The translations under genes and the position numbers were made by a program. Of a stretch of 64,000 nt of DNA, positions 26,501 through 37,127 are shown piece after piece; position 1 is the stretch's first letter; each line of letters opens with the position of its first letter. Source of the DNA: Styela clava (Eukaryota); NCBI RefSeq assembly GCF_964204865.1, contig NC_135258.1:20832001-20896000 (forward strand), read 5' to 3'. The notes under the pieces are model-generated. The model saw nothing but the letters and a program-made list of their open reading frames with translations. It searched no databases and had not been told where the DNA came from.

Positions 26501-28133
26501 CAACCTGTAAGTCGATGAAAATTTTTTTAAGCGAACTATAGTTGAAAATAAGAGTAAGAGGTTTCTATACATACTAATACGTTATACCTTTATCATATTA
26601 GTTTTGGTTAAAAAAATATTTTGAGTTTTGAGATCTCTGTGCAAAATTCTTCTTTCGTGTAGATATTGCAGTGCCATACATATTTGTATGTACCATCTGA
26701 CAGTTCGCTGTTCACTCAAAGGATCTTTCTTTTCTCTGTGGTCTCGAAGCTTTGTGTACAAATCTCCACCTTCAGCAAATCTATTGGTAGATTGATAGTC
26801 ATAAATTACAACAGATAAAACTATAACAGTATACAAACAAAGTTAGGTTTGAGAATTTTTTTTTCAAATCCTTAATTAAAAAATAACATGACGCATGATA
26901 TTGCTGCAAAAACTCTTCAAAAACCATTGTATCTAAATTAGTTAAAAATTTATCAGAATCTTTTAAAGAGACTGTTTGGATTGATTCATATTCAATTTGA
27001 AAATATAATTGTTTTTAATGTATTATGTGAATTAAATGAACATGACATGAAGATGGTATATAACTTCAATTAAATTCATATCCAATTACCCTACCCCATA
27101 ACAATGTATAAATGTCCACTTTCACTTTCAAAAGAATCTTTGTAAGAGACGATATTTGGATGTCGAAGATCAGATAGTAGTTTGGCTTCTTGCTCTGCTG
27201 CTTTCCTTTCTTTTGCAGAAGCTTTCACAAGTGCCATTTTCTTAATAACATACTGTAAAATATAAAGATTTTTTAATAACATATATTTCCAATTCCAAAC
27301 AATACAGAGTGTAAAATAAACATATTGAACCTCTAACATTCACCAAATCAATAACTCCCTTTAAAACTGTGAAACTTTAATCAATGCATATTGTACATAC
27401 ACTCTTATAATAGTAGAGGTTGTCATATTGTACTTGAAAATGACACAGGAAGTGGTTTTGAAAATAAGAATCCAGGCTTTTCAAATATTTAGACAATGTT
27501 ATTTGAATGCGTTACCATAATTGCTACTAGAACAAATAAAAGACTACTTCAACAAATAAAGCATATTACAGTTCAAATTCCTCATACATAGGCGTAATTG
27601 TCAATAGTGGTAAGAAATATGAATGACACTAACTGGTATTATTTTGTATAACAAACAACAGGCAAATCGTAAAAACTCAAAAATATTTGCCTATGAAGAA
27701 AAAATATACAATAAGCCCATCCTGTAAGCGTAAAATAACAATACTGTTGGACATATATTGAATCAAATATTTGGATTCATTCTATTCGATGAAGTTATCT
27801 TGATTTTAGGTATACATTCCAATATTTTTGTTTCAAAAATGGTAATTTCGGGCAATTGACATCAGGCAGCCAGATATAAGCTTTAACAACTGTAGAAAAT
27901 CCTATGATGCAATGCTTATTAAGCAATTGATCTTAAGGATATACAATAGTTCTTTCCAAAGGACGATATACTTCTGTACAACACTCTTCTCTATACCAAT
28001 CCTAAATAAAACAAAATAAAAATTAATGCAAAATACAAACCTGCTTTCGATCTTTCTTGCATGTTACCAGATGAACTTCACCATAGGTGCCACGACCAAT
28101 TACCTTCAGTACGTTATAATCATCCAGTGACAT
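17528..28133 (-). CDS. NEK4: NIMA-related serine/threonine kinase NEK4, 16 exons, ~829 aa
   Basis: Exons assembled by eye with GT-AG sites and consistent phase: 28133-28041, 27252-27095, 26780-26588, 26504-26277, 25910-25747, 25221-24627, 23970-23887, 22522-22446, 21814-21730, 21654-21525, 20319-20273, 19342-19272, 19125-18921, 18738-18636, 18015-17879, 17647-17528 (2490 nt). Kinase motifs: IGRGTYGEV, AAEQEAKLL, HRDLKTQN, GDLGIARVL, GTPYYMSPELFSNRPY. NEK4-like C-terminus: SSARQRRR; LRKDCIQGLG..LLHRAYEVLD; IWQLKYCEE. The small middle exons are less certain than the kinase exons. Confidence 0.9.
18251..18452. mobile_element. Degenerate copy of the GG-ended 8-bp-TSD MITE family (NEK4 intron)
   Basis: GCGCTCCAGAAGTATGTGTACCAA...ACCTGGTACACAC...GGAGTAC; collinear with the copy at 25344-25558. 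Confidence 0.65.
19526..20076. mobile_element. Non-autonomous hAT (Charlie/Buster-type) MITE
   Basis: TIRs CAGGGGTTCCCAAAC / GTTTGGGAACCCCTG; perfect 8-bp TSD CTCTACAA; subterminal GGCCC repeats. Confidence 0.92.
20414..20489. repeat. Near-perfect loopless 76-bp palindrome in NEK4 intron 10
   Basis: TACCAATATTCTCGTAACTTTATGCCAACTAGAATCAA|TTGATTCTAGTTGGAATAAAGTTACGAGAATATTGGTA: 38-bp arms, one mismatch. Confidence 0.92.
20533..21512. mobile_element. Possible old Tc1/mariner (pogo-like) non-autonomous element
   Basis: Right end GGCGTAATTTCGAGTAAATAGGG followed by TA. Inverted subterminal motifs TTCGCGAATAGGCCG (~20722) and CGGCTTATTCGCGAA (~21428). Left TIR degenerate, so that boundary is uncertain. 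Confidence 0.35.
21977..22373. repeat. Tandem repeat, 134-bp unit x3, nearly identical (NEK4 intron 8)
   Basis: GCCACATGATCAATGATCTGGC starts at 21977, 22111 and 22245. Confidence 0.95.
22576..23696. mobile_element. Non-autonomous hAT MITE containing a nested Tc1/mariner MITE
   Basis: TIRs CAGGGGTGGCCAAC / GTTGGCCACCCCTG; TSD ATCTGTAC / ATCTATAC (7/8); subterminal GCGATCGAC motifs. Confidence 0.88.
23172..23552. mobile_element. Tc1/mariner (Tigger/pogo-like) MITE nested in the hAT MITE
   Basis: TIRs CAGGGAGTCCTCGACTTACGAC / GTCGCAACCCGAGGACCCCCTG, flanked by TA on both sides. Confidence 0.8.
24293..24528. mobile_element. Palindromic GG-ended MITE with 8-bp TSD (Merlin- or Mutator-like)
   Basis: Long TIRs CTCCTGAAGTATGCATACCAAGATGGC / GCCATCTTGGTATGCATACTTCAGGAG; perfect TSD CAGATAAT; internal GGTTAGGGTTAGG. 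Confidence 0.88.
25344..25558. mobile_element. GG-ended 8-bp-TSD MITE, diverged copy
   Basis: GGCGCTCCAGAAGTGTGTGCACC...GGAGTACC; flanks AAAATAAC / CAAATCAC (6/8). Confidence 0.7.
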
Positions 28134-28249
28134 GTTGGATATGATTTAACACTGTATATATATATATTGATACTGAATAAATATAATGAATAGTTTTGAT
28201 GATAAATAAAACTTATATAAATAATAATTATGCCTAAAACAATTTTTGA

Positions 28250-30178
28250 TCAATAAAATATGATAGGTTTCATTTTTTGTTTTCTCTGCTTTTTCTTCTT
28301 TTTTGACATTCTATCAAAGTTGCCAAATGTAAATTTGCTTCGTATGTTTGTCAAGGAGAGTGTTATTATATTTTCTGCCCTGTTTCTCAAATAAAATATT
28401 TTAGCATAGTCAGGAAAATGTCTCGGAAATTTCTGGCTTAACCATAAGTATGCTCCCAAGGCATTATGCACATCTTCTAAATTTGTTATCTCTTTCTGAT
28501 GGCTTGTTGGCAAAAATGGTAGTTTTATTCCAAAACCAAGTAACATCGATACAATATATGAATAAGTTACGATTTTAGATTGCGAGTAACATTCCGCAAA
28601 GCGCATAAACATTGCTACTGGAATATTTCGATCAGAATTAATTGGGCATAATGAAAATCTATAAGCTTCTGTAAAAGACAAATCTAATTTCTTTATAATT
28701 TCTGCTAAATCAAGACAGTCTCGTTGACTGCATAGTTGATAGAATTCATCATTGACTTGGCATAATTCTTTAAATTTGGATAATATTTGGTGCAAGTTAT
28801 AGTTTGGCATGTTATTTGAAAATTTCACATAATGTTCCATGGTGGGATTTATTCTAGCATGTGTTATATCTTGTTTTGCATCTGAAATTAGATCATGTAA
28901 AACACCTATGTCATGGCTGTACAGAGTCGTTACTTCACCACTTTGTTGAAATCCATAGCGACCAGCTCTCCCTGCAATTTGTAGAACTTCGGGAGTGGTA
29001 AGTTGTTTTCGGACAATTTCACCATTTTTATCTTTCACCCCTTTTTCAAGACTTTTGAAGACAATTCTTTTAATATTTAGATTTAATCCCATTCCTACTG
29101 CATCAGTTGCAACTAAAATATCACAACCATTATCAACGTTATTAAATTTCTCTGCCTCTTTTCGTTTAGTTGATGGTGGAAGTTTGCCATAAATCATTGC
29201 TACATCTTCTCCATTTCTTTGTAATTCAGAAACAGTTTCATAAATATCTTTTCGCCTGAAACAAACAACACAATCTCCAGATTTTAGTTTATCAATTGAA
29301 CCAACGGCATATTTTTTTACACGTAACTTGGTCAATCGTTCGTATTCCTGAACAAAAAAATCATCACCACATTCCTCAGAAAGTTTCCTGACAATGGATA
29401 TAGCTCTGGGCTCTCCACAAACATGGACCTCCGATGCTTGAACTCCTAATAAAGCTTGTGTCCATGCCCACCCCCTCTCCTCATGTGCAATTATCTGTAT
29501 TTCATCAATGATAGCCACATCAAATTCCTTGTTCAAGTTAGTCATTTCCACAGTACAAGCAACATGAGTGTCAGATTCTTTATGTTTTATTTCTTCTCCG
29601 GTTATTAAACTACATTTGACGTTTTTAGCTTTCGATTTTGCAGAAACTTCACGAGCAAGTAGACGTAAAGGACAACAATAAATTCCTGTATTCGAAGCTA
29701 GAAACCTTTCAAGTGCAGCATGAGTTTTACCACTATTAGTAGGACCAGCATGAAAAATAATGGATCGCCTCATTTTTCTCGCATGCCTGTACCATTTCTC
29801 AGGGTTCGATAGATCAGAGAGTTCATGGAGCTTCGCCCAATTTTGTAACAAAGGAAATTTTTGTTTTGCATAAATGAGAAACAAAGGGAAAATAGATGAA
29901 TATTCATATTTTGACTCTAATATTCCGTCCAAAACATATTGCACTTTCAGTGACTCCATAATACTAGAGTTGCCGTTATATACAAGATCCCTTGCAAAGG
30001 TTTCAAAACTTTGAGAAAGCATAGTCTTTGAAAGTCCAGCATTTCGACACTGATGTTGAAACATTTTGTCCCTAATTATTTTATGGAGCACCCAGTTGTA
30101 GCGATACCGACATGAAATCTTTAACAAATTCTTCCATTGCGAGAAAATGAGTGAAGATAATTGGGGTTTTGCAAACAT
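28250..30178 (-). CDS. SUPV3L1: Mitochondrial ATP-dependent RNA helicase SUV3, single exon, 642 aa
   Basis: Uninterrupted ORF with SUV3 motifs IFHAGPTNSGKT, PLRLLARE, ACTVEM, IIDEIQ, RGWAWTQALLG, IYGKLPP, LVATDAVGMGLNLNIKR, QIAGRAGR, YLWLS; basic N-terminus compatible with a mitochondrial presequence. Confidence 0.95.
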   Translation of the reverse strand: MFAKPQLSSLIFSQWKNLLKISCRYRYNWVLHKIIRDKMFQHQCRNAGLSKTMLSQSFETFARDLVYNGNSSIMESLKVQYVLDGILESKYEYSSIFPLFLIYAKQKFPLLQNWAKLHELSDLSNPEKWYRHARKMRRSIIFHAGPTNSGKTHAALERFLASNTGIYCCPLRLLAREVSAKSKAKNVKCSLITGEEIKHKESDTHVACTVEMTNLNKEFDVAIIDEIQIIAHEERGWAWTQALLGVQASEVHVCGEPRAISIVRKLSEECGDDFFVQEYERLTKLRVKKYAVGSIDKLKSGDCVVCFRRKDIYETVSELQRNGEDVAMIYGKLPPSTKRKEAEKFNNVDNGCDILVATDAVGMGLNLNIKRIVFKSLEKGVKDKNGEIVRKQLTTPEVLQIAGRAGRYGFQQSGEVTTLYSHDIGVLHDLISDAKQDITHARINPTMEHYVKFSNNMPNYNLHQILSKFKELCQVNDEFYQLCSQRDCLDLAEIIKKLDLSFTEAYRFSLCPINSDRNIPVAMFMRFAECYSQSKIVTYSYIVSMLLGFGIKLPFLPTSHQKEITNLEDVHNALGAYLWLSQKFPRHFPDYAKIFYLRNRAENIITLSLTNIRSKFTFGNFDRMSKKKKKQRKQKMKPIIFY

Positions 30179-30438
30179 ATCTCAGTTTCTAAGTCATCTT
30201 TGAGGGTTAATAATATTCTAGTACTATCACTATGATAGTATGGTATAGTCCTAAGCTTGATAAGATAAGAAATTCAAATAATCAAAATAATATAAACTGA
30301 TATGATGGGGTGTGAAACATGAATGTCATCTGTTAACTGGTCACATAAAAAGAATACAAACAAAATAAATGCAATTTTCCGGATTAAAAGATATCAGAAA
30401 GATTCAAAATTTGTCTGTTATGTATCATTTGAAAAATG

Positions 30439-30553
30439 GGGTCTCCTGAAGTATGGCGGATGACGTAGTCATGTGGGGGTTAGAAATTACATATGCGAAA
30501 ATTGTAGAGCCAGGCCAACTAGAAGTACTTGTGGCGCATACTTCAGGAGACCT
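30439..30553. mobile_element. Short diverged GG-ended 8-bp-TSD MITE between NUDT1 and SUV3
   Basis: GGTCTCCTGAAGTATG...CATACTTCAGGAGACC; flanked by GAAAAATG on both sides. Confidence 0.7.
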
Positions 30554-30785
30554 GAAAAATGCAGTCATTGTAATAGTAAAAAGATAAAAAAAGAATAATT
30601 TCGCTCAGTCGTCTAGCACAAAATCCTGCTTCTTTTCCTATAGCCTTCTGCAGATGCAAAATTTGGAGCAGATTCAACCACGCCTTCGTGAGATATCGCG
30701 TGCATCTAACAGCCAAACAAACAGACAAATACCTATCAACAGACTTACCAATCTGAAGATCAATAAGTAACAAGACGTCAGGTCA

Positions 30786-31295
30786 TCATGAATCTGGGTA
30801 TTTTTTTGAATCTAATTTATCAACAGCTATTTCTTCTAAATCATATTTTAAAATTTCTGAACGGCCTTTGAATATGAACTTTGCCCAAAATGACCTATCG
30901 TTAAACATATAAGGAAACCATATTGGATCATCTGCCCACATATTTTCATATGGGATTTCCGATATTGGAAACCATTGCGGCTTCATTTCTTCAGACTCAG
31001 TTATTGTGCCTTCGAAAGAATTTGTTTTGAATGCATTAACTTCAATGAATAAATTTTCACCCTCGAATTCAAATTGCAATAACCCAAACTTCTCCAAATC
31101 TTCCTGCTTAGCTTCAACGCCACATTCTTCTTTGAGTTCACGACATGCTGCTTCTAGCACAGTTTCACTTTTCATGATTTTTCCACCAAATCCGTTCCAT
31201 TTTTGGCTGCCAAATCCGCGTTTTTTATATCCCAATAAAATCTTGCTTTCATGAAAGAGGAAAACTAACGTTGTGCGTAAAATGGATTTCTCCAT
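30786..31295 (-). CDS. NUDT1: 8-oxo-dGTPase MTH1 (Nudix hydrolase 1), single exon, 169 aa
   Basis: ILLGYKKRGFG..WNGFGGK, Nudix box GGK..ET..AA.RELKEECG, ESEEMKPQWF, IPY..MWADD..WFP: all diagnostic of MTH1. Confidence 0.95.
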   Translation of the reverse strand: MEKSILRTTLVFLFHESKILLGYKKRGFGSQKWNGFGGKIMKSETVLEAACRELKEECGVEAKQEDLEKFGLLQFEFEGENLFIEVNAFKTNSFEGTITESEEMKPQWFPISEIPYENMWADDPIWFPYMFNDRSFWAKFIFKGRSEILKYDLEEIAVDKLDSKKYPDS

Positions 31296-31599
31296 AATTT
31301 CAAACTCCCTTAATATAAGATTCTATAAAATTATGAACCAGATACCGGAGGAAACACCACACATTTACAAAAACTAATCCAGTTTTGAAGGAGCTTTGGT
31401 TATCTCCCAAGTAATTCGATCCGCTTGAGTGATGTCGCACGGTGGCGATCTCGAGCTATTCGATTTCGTCTGTGCAGTGAGATATTATATATTCACATGG
31501 GTCTGCGCTTTCAGTTAATTTTTTTTTTAATTTTCAAACATTTTTGTGAGTGATTTCTGTTTTATATAATCTTAACTGGGTATTACTGGCACCCGAACA

Positions 31600-32857
31600 A
31601 ACGGCCATGAAACCGCTGCTGAAAAATCGAACAAAAATTTATCTGATGATAACGTTTGGAGAAGGATTTCTCATATGTCACTAGATGTTAAGCAGCAAGT
31701 AATTGAAGAAGTTAAAGCGTTTCATTTCTTTGCTTTTCATGTTGACGAAAGCAAAGATGTGGCGTTATGCTCACAACTACTTGTTTTTGTGCAATATATA
31801 TATACATGAACGTGATATCAAAATGGAATTTTTGTTTTGTACTCCTTCAAAAATCACTGTAAAAATGCAGATCTAGTGGGAAATTGTCAACATGTTTCGA
31901 TATGGAAGGCTTAAATTGCGATTAAGTATGCAGGATATGTACAGGTGATGCACCGGCAACGCTTTGATCAAGATCGGCATTCCAGACTAAAGTGGAAGAG
32001 AAATCTCTACAGGCGAAAGGTTTTCATTGCATCATACATCGTTACGCTCTTATTTGTGAGACCCTGCCAAAAAGTGCTCAACTTAGTAATTAGAATCGTT
32101 ATTTTTGACAAGGGAAACGCATTGAATTCTTGTCTTTTCAAAGAGCTTTGTAAAGATATGAATGCCAACCATAAATCACTACAATTTTACTGAACAGTTC
32201 GATGGTTATCGAAGAATAATATTGTTTGTCGGGTTTCCCGACTGAGGAGAAAACCGAAAGAGTTTCTAGTGCTGCAAAGAAAAGATATTTTTGTGGCTGC
32301 ATTAAAAGTGGAGCAAGCAATTGGCTGATATAGCAATTAGGCATTCGAGCAAGTTGAATTTATAACTTCAAGGAACGGAACTCAATTTCATCACGTTTAT
32401 ACACACATTGACACATTGCGTTTTTTTTGCAAAACTACAGATTTGTTGTCGAAAAGTTGATTTTGGTAACATTGCCATGTTCTAAAATATTTCTGACTTG
32501 CATGAAAGTGATCCCACTGAACAGCTTAAATCAGAAATACCGGAGCATCTACAATACATGTACTCGAAGAAGAACTGAACCGCTACTTTCCAGATATTAT
32601 GGATGGTGGAGAAATGAACATAGCCAACCCTTTCGCACCTAACTTGACATCTCAAAGATTGCAGATGATCTTCAGGACGAACTATTGGATATGATAAATG
32701 ATTCTTCTGCGCAATTTCTCTTTCTGGAGAAACTTCTCTCTCAATTTTGGGGCTCAATGCAACGTTCATATTCAAAGATCAGTATGGCTGCATTTAAAAT
32801 CACTATCCCTTTCGTCTCCACTTACTTATGCTAACGCGGTTTTCTACACGTTCAAAT
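31600..32857 (+). mobile_element. Decayed hAT transposase of the Buster/Charlie (ZBED5/ZBED8/FAM200-like) group
   Basis: Frameshifted fragments LSDDNVWRRISHMSLDVKQQVIEEVK, VDESKDVALCSQLLVFV, CTGDAPA, HCIIHRYAL..TLP, LFKELCKDMNANHKSL..VRWLS. These match the family motifs DES-D, CTDGA, HCxxH and RWLS. Confidence 0.85.
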
Positions 32858-34043
32858 TAGAGATGTACCGATACCACTTTTGTCGCCGATACCGATCCGA
32901 TACCAGCTGAAAACGCCGATACCGATACTACAAAAAGGCCGATATTCCCATACCGATACTATGTAATTATTACTTAATTAGGTGTGCTGTGTAGGGCAGA
33001 CGGGTTGAAACAATGGTCTTTGAGCGTTGTTCTTAGTACACATTATTTCAGATCGAAAAAAAAGATATATCACATAATATGAAATTAATGTTTGGTGTTT
33101 GCTTTAACTGATTAAGATACATTGTACAGTAACGCTAGTAATCTCGGTGTTCAATTAGAAAACTCATAAGCCGGGATGTCCAATTTGAATTTAATGTTAA
33201 TATTGCGACCTTCGAATATCGTTATTCGTGTTTAAAAGAATATCGAATATCACCCACACATTCTAGCGCCGCCGTCCTACGTTCAAATTAAAAACACTTT
33301 ACATATATTTTATTTCGTGGCTAATCGTAATCGTCGACGCAATGAGTCAAAGCCAACATGAAAGAATATCAATCAGCACCGACAAAAGGATGTTTTTTTA
33401 CTTTACTATTTTATAATATTTTACAATTGCTATCATATATTTTGAGACAGTCTAGGGCTAGGCGATCCTGTCAATATATCTATAAAGTAATTGTGTAGTT
33501 AAACAAAATTAAAACTAATACCTGCGTAGAGGAATAATTGTGTCAGAATTTAGTTTATCGATGTCGACGGACTAAATGACACTCGTACTTGACGACAAAC
33601 AGAATTTATACCCTTGCCAAAAGTCTATATGCCGTTAATAAGGCCCCCAATTCCACTGTATGATTTAAAACTGGGCGTCTAGTTGCTTTTTGTTATGTGC
33701 TGTGTGGATATATTTCTTTAATATTACTATGTAATATTAAAAATGTCAATATAAAAATTTGACAACGAAAATAGCCAAATTAGTTGAGCTAGTTTGGCTG
33801 ATAAATAGCTAAAAACACGTGAATCCTATTCTCTCGCGGTGGGGACATGTATGGCTCATGGCTCACGATCTTTCCAGACAAAAAATTAAATTAAAAAGTA
33901 GTATTCCAACTAGTCTTTTAACATACTCTGGGCCATATCAAAAAGGTGAATATATCGGAAATATCGCCCTTAATCTAACCGATACCGATACATTGCCGAT
34001 ACCGAAAAAATGGCCGATATTGCCGATACCCGATACATCTCTA
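32858..34043. mobile_element. Non-autonomous hAT element (TAG-ended) inserted into the 3' end of the Buster transposase relic
   Basis: TIRs TAGAGATGTA / TACATCTCTA; perfect TSD GTTCAAAT (32850-32857, 34044-34051); clusters of CCGATA subterminal repeats at both ends. Confidence 0.9.
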
Positions 34044-34166
34044 GTTCAAATCATCAATCAATCATTACGGCGTCAACAATAACAAATAAATTACTACACA
34101 AGTTAAACGGACGCAATGTTTAGGTCACTACAAAAAATCAAGTGAATGCGATTCTCGATGTAACAC

Positions 34167-34975
34167 CAGGGGTGGCTAACACGTCGATCGCGAGTATGTT
34201 TGCTATCGATGTTTCGAAACGAACAGACCAAGCGAGTTTTGAGCGACGAACAAAAGATTTGCATATATATGTTCGGTTATTTCCCTCACCCCTACCCTAA
34301 AATTTCCTCCCTTATTTTTATTAGCTTGAATATAAAACAATGTGCGTAATGAATATGCCTTGAACAAGTTGTACTCTGGATTTGCCCATATTCGCAAAAT
34401 GCAGTTGCTCTATTCTCAACAAGGCGTCTGTTCCGTCGTTATGCAGACGTTTCTCGGTGATTCGGCGGTAATTTCGGTACTGTGCGCTGCGAATTGTTTC
34501 AACTCACTGTACCTGACAATTTATGGATGATTAAGTGGTATCAAAAAAAAAAGCCCGGTTAGATCATTGGGCCAGTATAATGCTCTGGTGGACTGGTCTC
34601 CGCCAGTGGTAGGATCAGAACTGATAAGAATCATCTGATCCTAACGCAAAAGTGCCGTTACCGCTGTTTCTTGCTCTACTATATTTTGATGAAGTGGAGA
34701 CAAATCGTACTTTTGTTGACTAGGTCGATGTTTCGAACTTTATTTATTGAATATGTCAATTCAGACGTGTTATTGAGTGAACCTACCAATCGGCCATTCG
34801 CTGTTTCTTCTGATCAATCGTGAAAGACGATTGGATTATCGTCAAAAAAGGATTATTTAACTAATAAAGGCTTGTAGTTTGTAGTTTTCATTTTCGTTTA
34901 TTTCGACTTTATTATCGACCAGTCGATCGCAAAACATTACAAAAATTTTATTCGAAGACAGATTGGCCACCCCTG
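34167..34975. mobile_element. Non-autonomous hAT MITE
   Basis: TIRs CAGGGGTGGCTAA / TTGGCCACCCCTG; subterminal GTCGATCGC; TSD degenerate. Confidence 0.7.
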
Positions 34976-35677
34976 TAATATACCAATGTACAACATACAA
35001 ATGACACAAGGAAAGGTGTCAGTGCACTTTTACAGTGGCGCCCGTGAGCAATCTTGTACGCAAAGATGAACGAAAAAACCTTGGTATTTCGGTTCGTCAG
35101 ATAAATTTCTAAAAGTGGTTATTTTATTCTTTCCAATTCTTTCATTTACTTTGCGCCTTTTGGCTACGGCGCTATCCTAGTGTTATTTCATACCAAAACT
35201 CTCGACCAATCGTTTTTCATCAACTCAGACAACGTCAGAAACCTTGAAGATGCCGGTAATTTCACAATACATTCTGCGGACTGTCTTATGTAAAGAGGAT
35301 TTTCGCGGATTTCAGTAGGCGCCAAATGTCATCCTACTCCCCCTTCAGTATATTCAATTGTTCAATCCCTTAGTATACTCAATTGACAGAATTCATAGAT
35401 AAATGCTAAAGTCGATCAGTCATGTTGTTGCTTATGTGAGTAGAAATTTGGTAATACGAAGAACGGCCGAAGGAGGATTGCTGTGAAATCTAATTTTATG
35501 CTTGGCTTTGTTAAAACGTACCTAATACCCATCGCAAATGGATGTTTCCACATGCATCAACTTCCTGTTCATCTGAATAACAATGTTTAATCAGAAAAAA
35601 AGCAATGATGACGATACAAGGGAAATTTTCGCAGACGCTTAGTTTCATTTTTCAATTGCACACATTTTTACGTATAG

Positions 35678-35789
35678 TTGTAATCCGACAGACTGTTGCT
35701 GTTGGAGTCATCGAGGAAACTACCAAAAAGGCCGGGAAGGAGGAAAAAACAAGGCAGCGGCGTATGCCAATAAAAAAAGGAAGAAGTGA
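35678..35789 (+). pseudogene. Fragment resembling the C-terminus of elongation factor 1-alpha
   Basis: IRQTVAVGVIEETTKK..., ending AAGAAGTGA after a frameshift; matches eEF1A MRQTVAVGVIK. Preceded by an acceptor-like TTTTTACGTATAG. No intact upstream exons seen. Confidence 0.55.
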
Positions 35790-36746
35790 CTGGAAGCATC
35801 TAGCGCCCATCAACAGTCTAATCTAAACTCTAAAACTTAAAAATTTTCGTATAGTTTTGGGGGGTTATTCGCCAGTTTTTAGCTATTTCCCGTAAAAGTT
35901 AGGGTTGAATCAAAATGATTTGCTGAGTGTTGTAGCTGAGTTACAGAGATACAAGACGCTCTTCAAAATGGTATAGACTAAGATAGGTAACATTTCAGGT
36001 CTAGCCCTATTCAAGGATAGGTTAATTGAAAAATACAGGTATGGTAAGTGTCTAACGAAGTAGTCTCTAGCAAATTGTAATCCTTATTTGTTCGTATGTA
36101 ACATTGTTGCAGTCATCCATCTTCATTAATCTTAGTTTCAAATGGGCATCTGACAGATCTTATGTCTATCTCAATTCTAAAGTGAAGCGAAGATCGCTGT
36201 AGTGAGAATGCCACGATAGTCATGAAAATTGACTAAGAAAATTTGCTTTCTCGTATTATTCAAAAGCATAACAAGGTATATAAAAAAGATAAACAACCAG
36301 ACTAAATCAGTTCTTTTAAAAGTCGGGAACTCAGTCACGCGTTTGCATAAGCGCAGTTAGTGCTGGTTTGTTTATGCCTTGTGGTTGTGGGGTAGACGAA
36401 GTATAGAAATTCAGTTAGAATTCCATGTAATATTGATACATTATCTATTATAAGAGTACTCGCGTACTGATTGATAGCCACAAGATTTGAGAAAGAAGCC
36501 AAACAAAAGAATTGTAAATGTAAACAAAGGTTAAATTGTGCCAAAATCTGATCATTTTGACTTTGAGTTATTTTTATTTTACGTGAGTAAAGCAACACCG
36601 CCAGCATATCGTTGGGTAAGTAATTTATCAACAAACCCATCCATAAAATGAAAGACATACTTTTATATTCGTTTTTATATATTTGTTCTTCTGAAATATA
36701 TTTTCTCTTGGCAGGACGGTCAATAAGAAAACCACAACCATTAGTA

Positions 36747-37127
36747 CCGTGTTTCCCCGAAAATAAGACTGGGTCATATTTTAATTTTCTTCCGAAAAAT
36801 AACACTAGGGCTTATTTTCGGGGGATGTCTTATATTTTCATTTATTAACAACAAAATTACAAAATAGAGAAATACGAGATTTTCAAATATACAAATTATA
36901 AAAACCTATATCCATTTTTTTCATAAATAACACGTTTTTATTGAATATAACTGCAAAACATAGATCATTATCCATCATTTAAGACGTGTAGAAGAGATTA
37001 CTTGCTATCGTCAAAAAAATGGCGTTATTGACTAGGTTTTATTTTAAAGGAAGGGCTAATATTAAAATCATTTTTAAAATTCAGTCTAGGTCTTATTTTA
37101 GGGGTAGGTCTTATTTTCACGGTACGG
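36747..37127. mobile_element. Tc1/mariner-type MITE
   Basis: TA-CCGTGTTTCCCCGAAAATAAGAC ... GTCTTATTTTCACGGTACGG-TA, with repeated (G/T)CTTATTTT subterminal motifs. Confidence 0.75.

Noticed and set aside
36335-36848. 156-aa and 66-aa ORFs
   Set aside because: They overlap a Tc1/mariner MITE end and show no recognisable motif.
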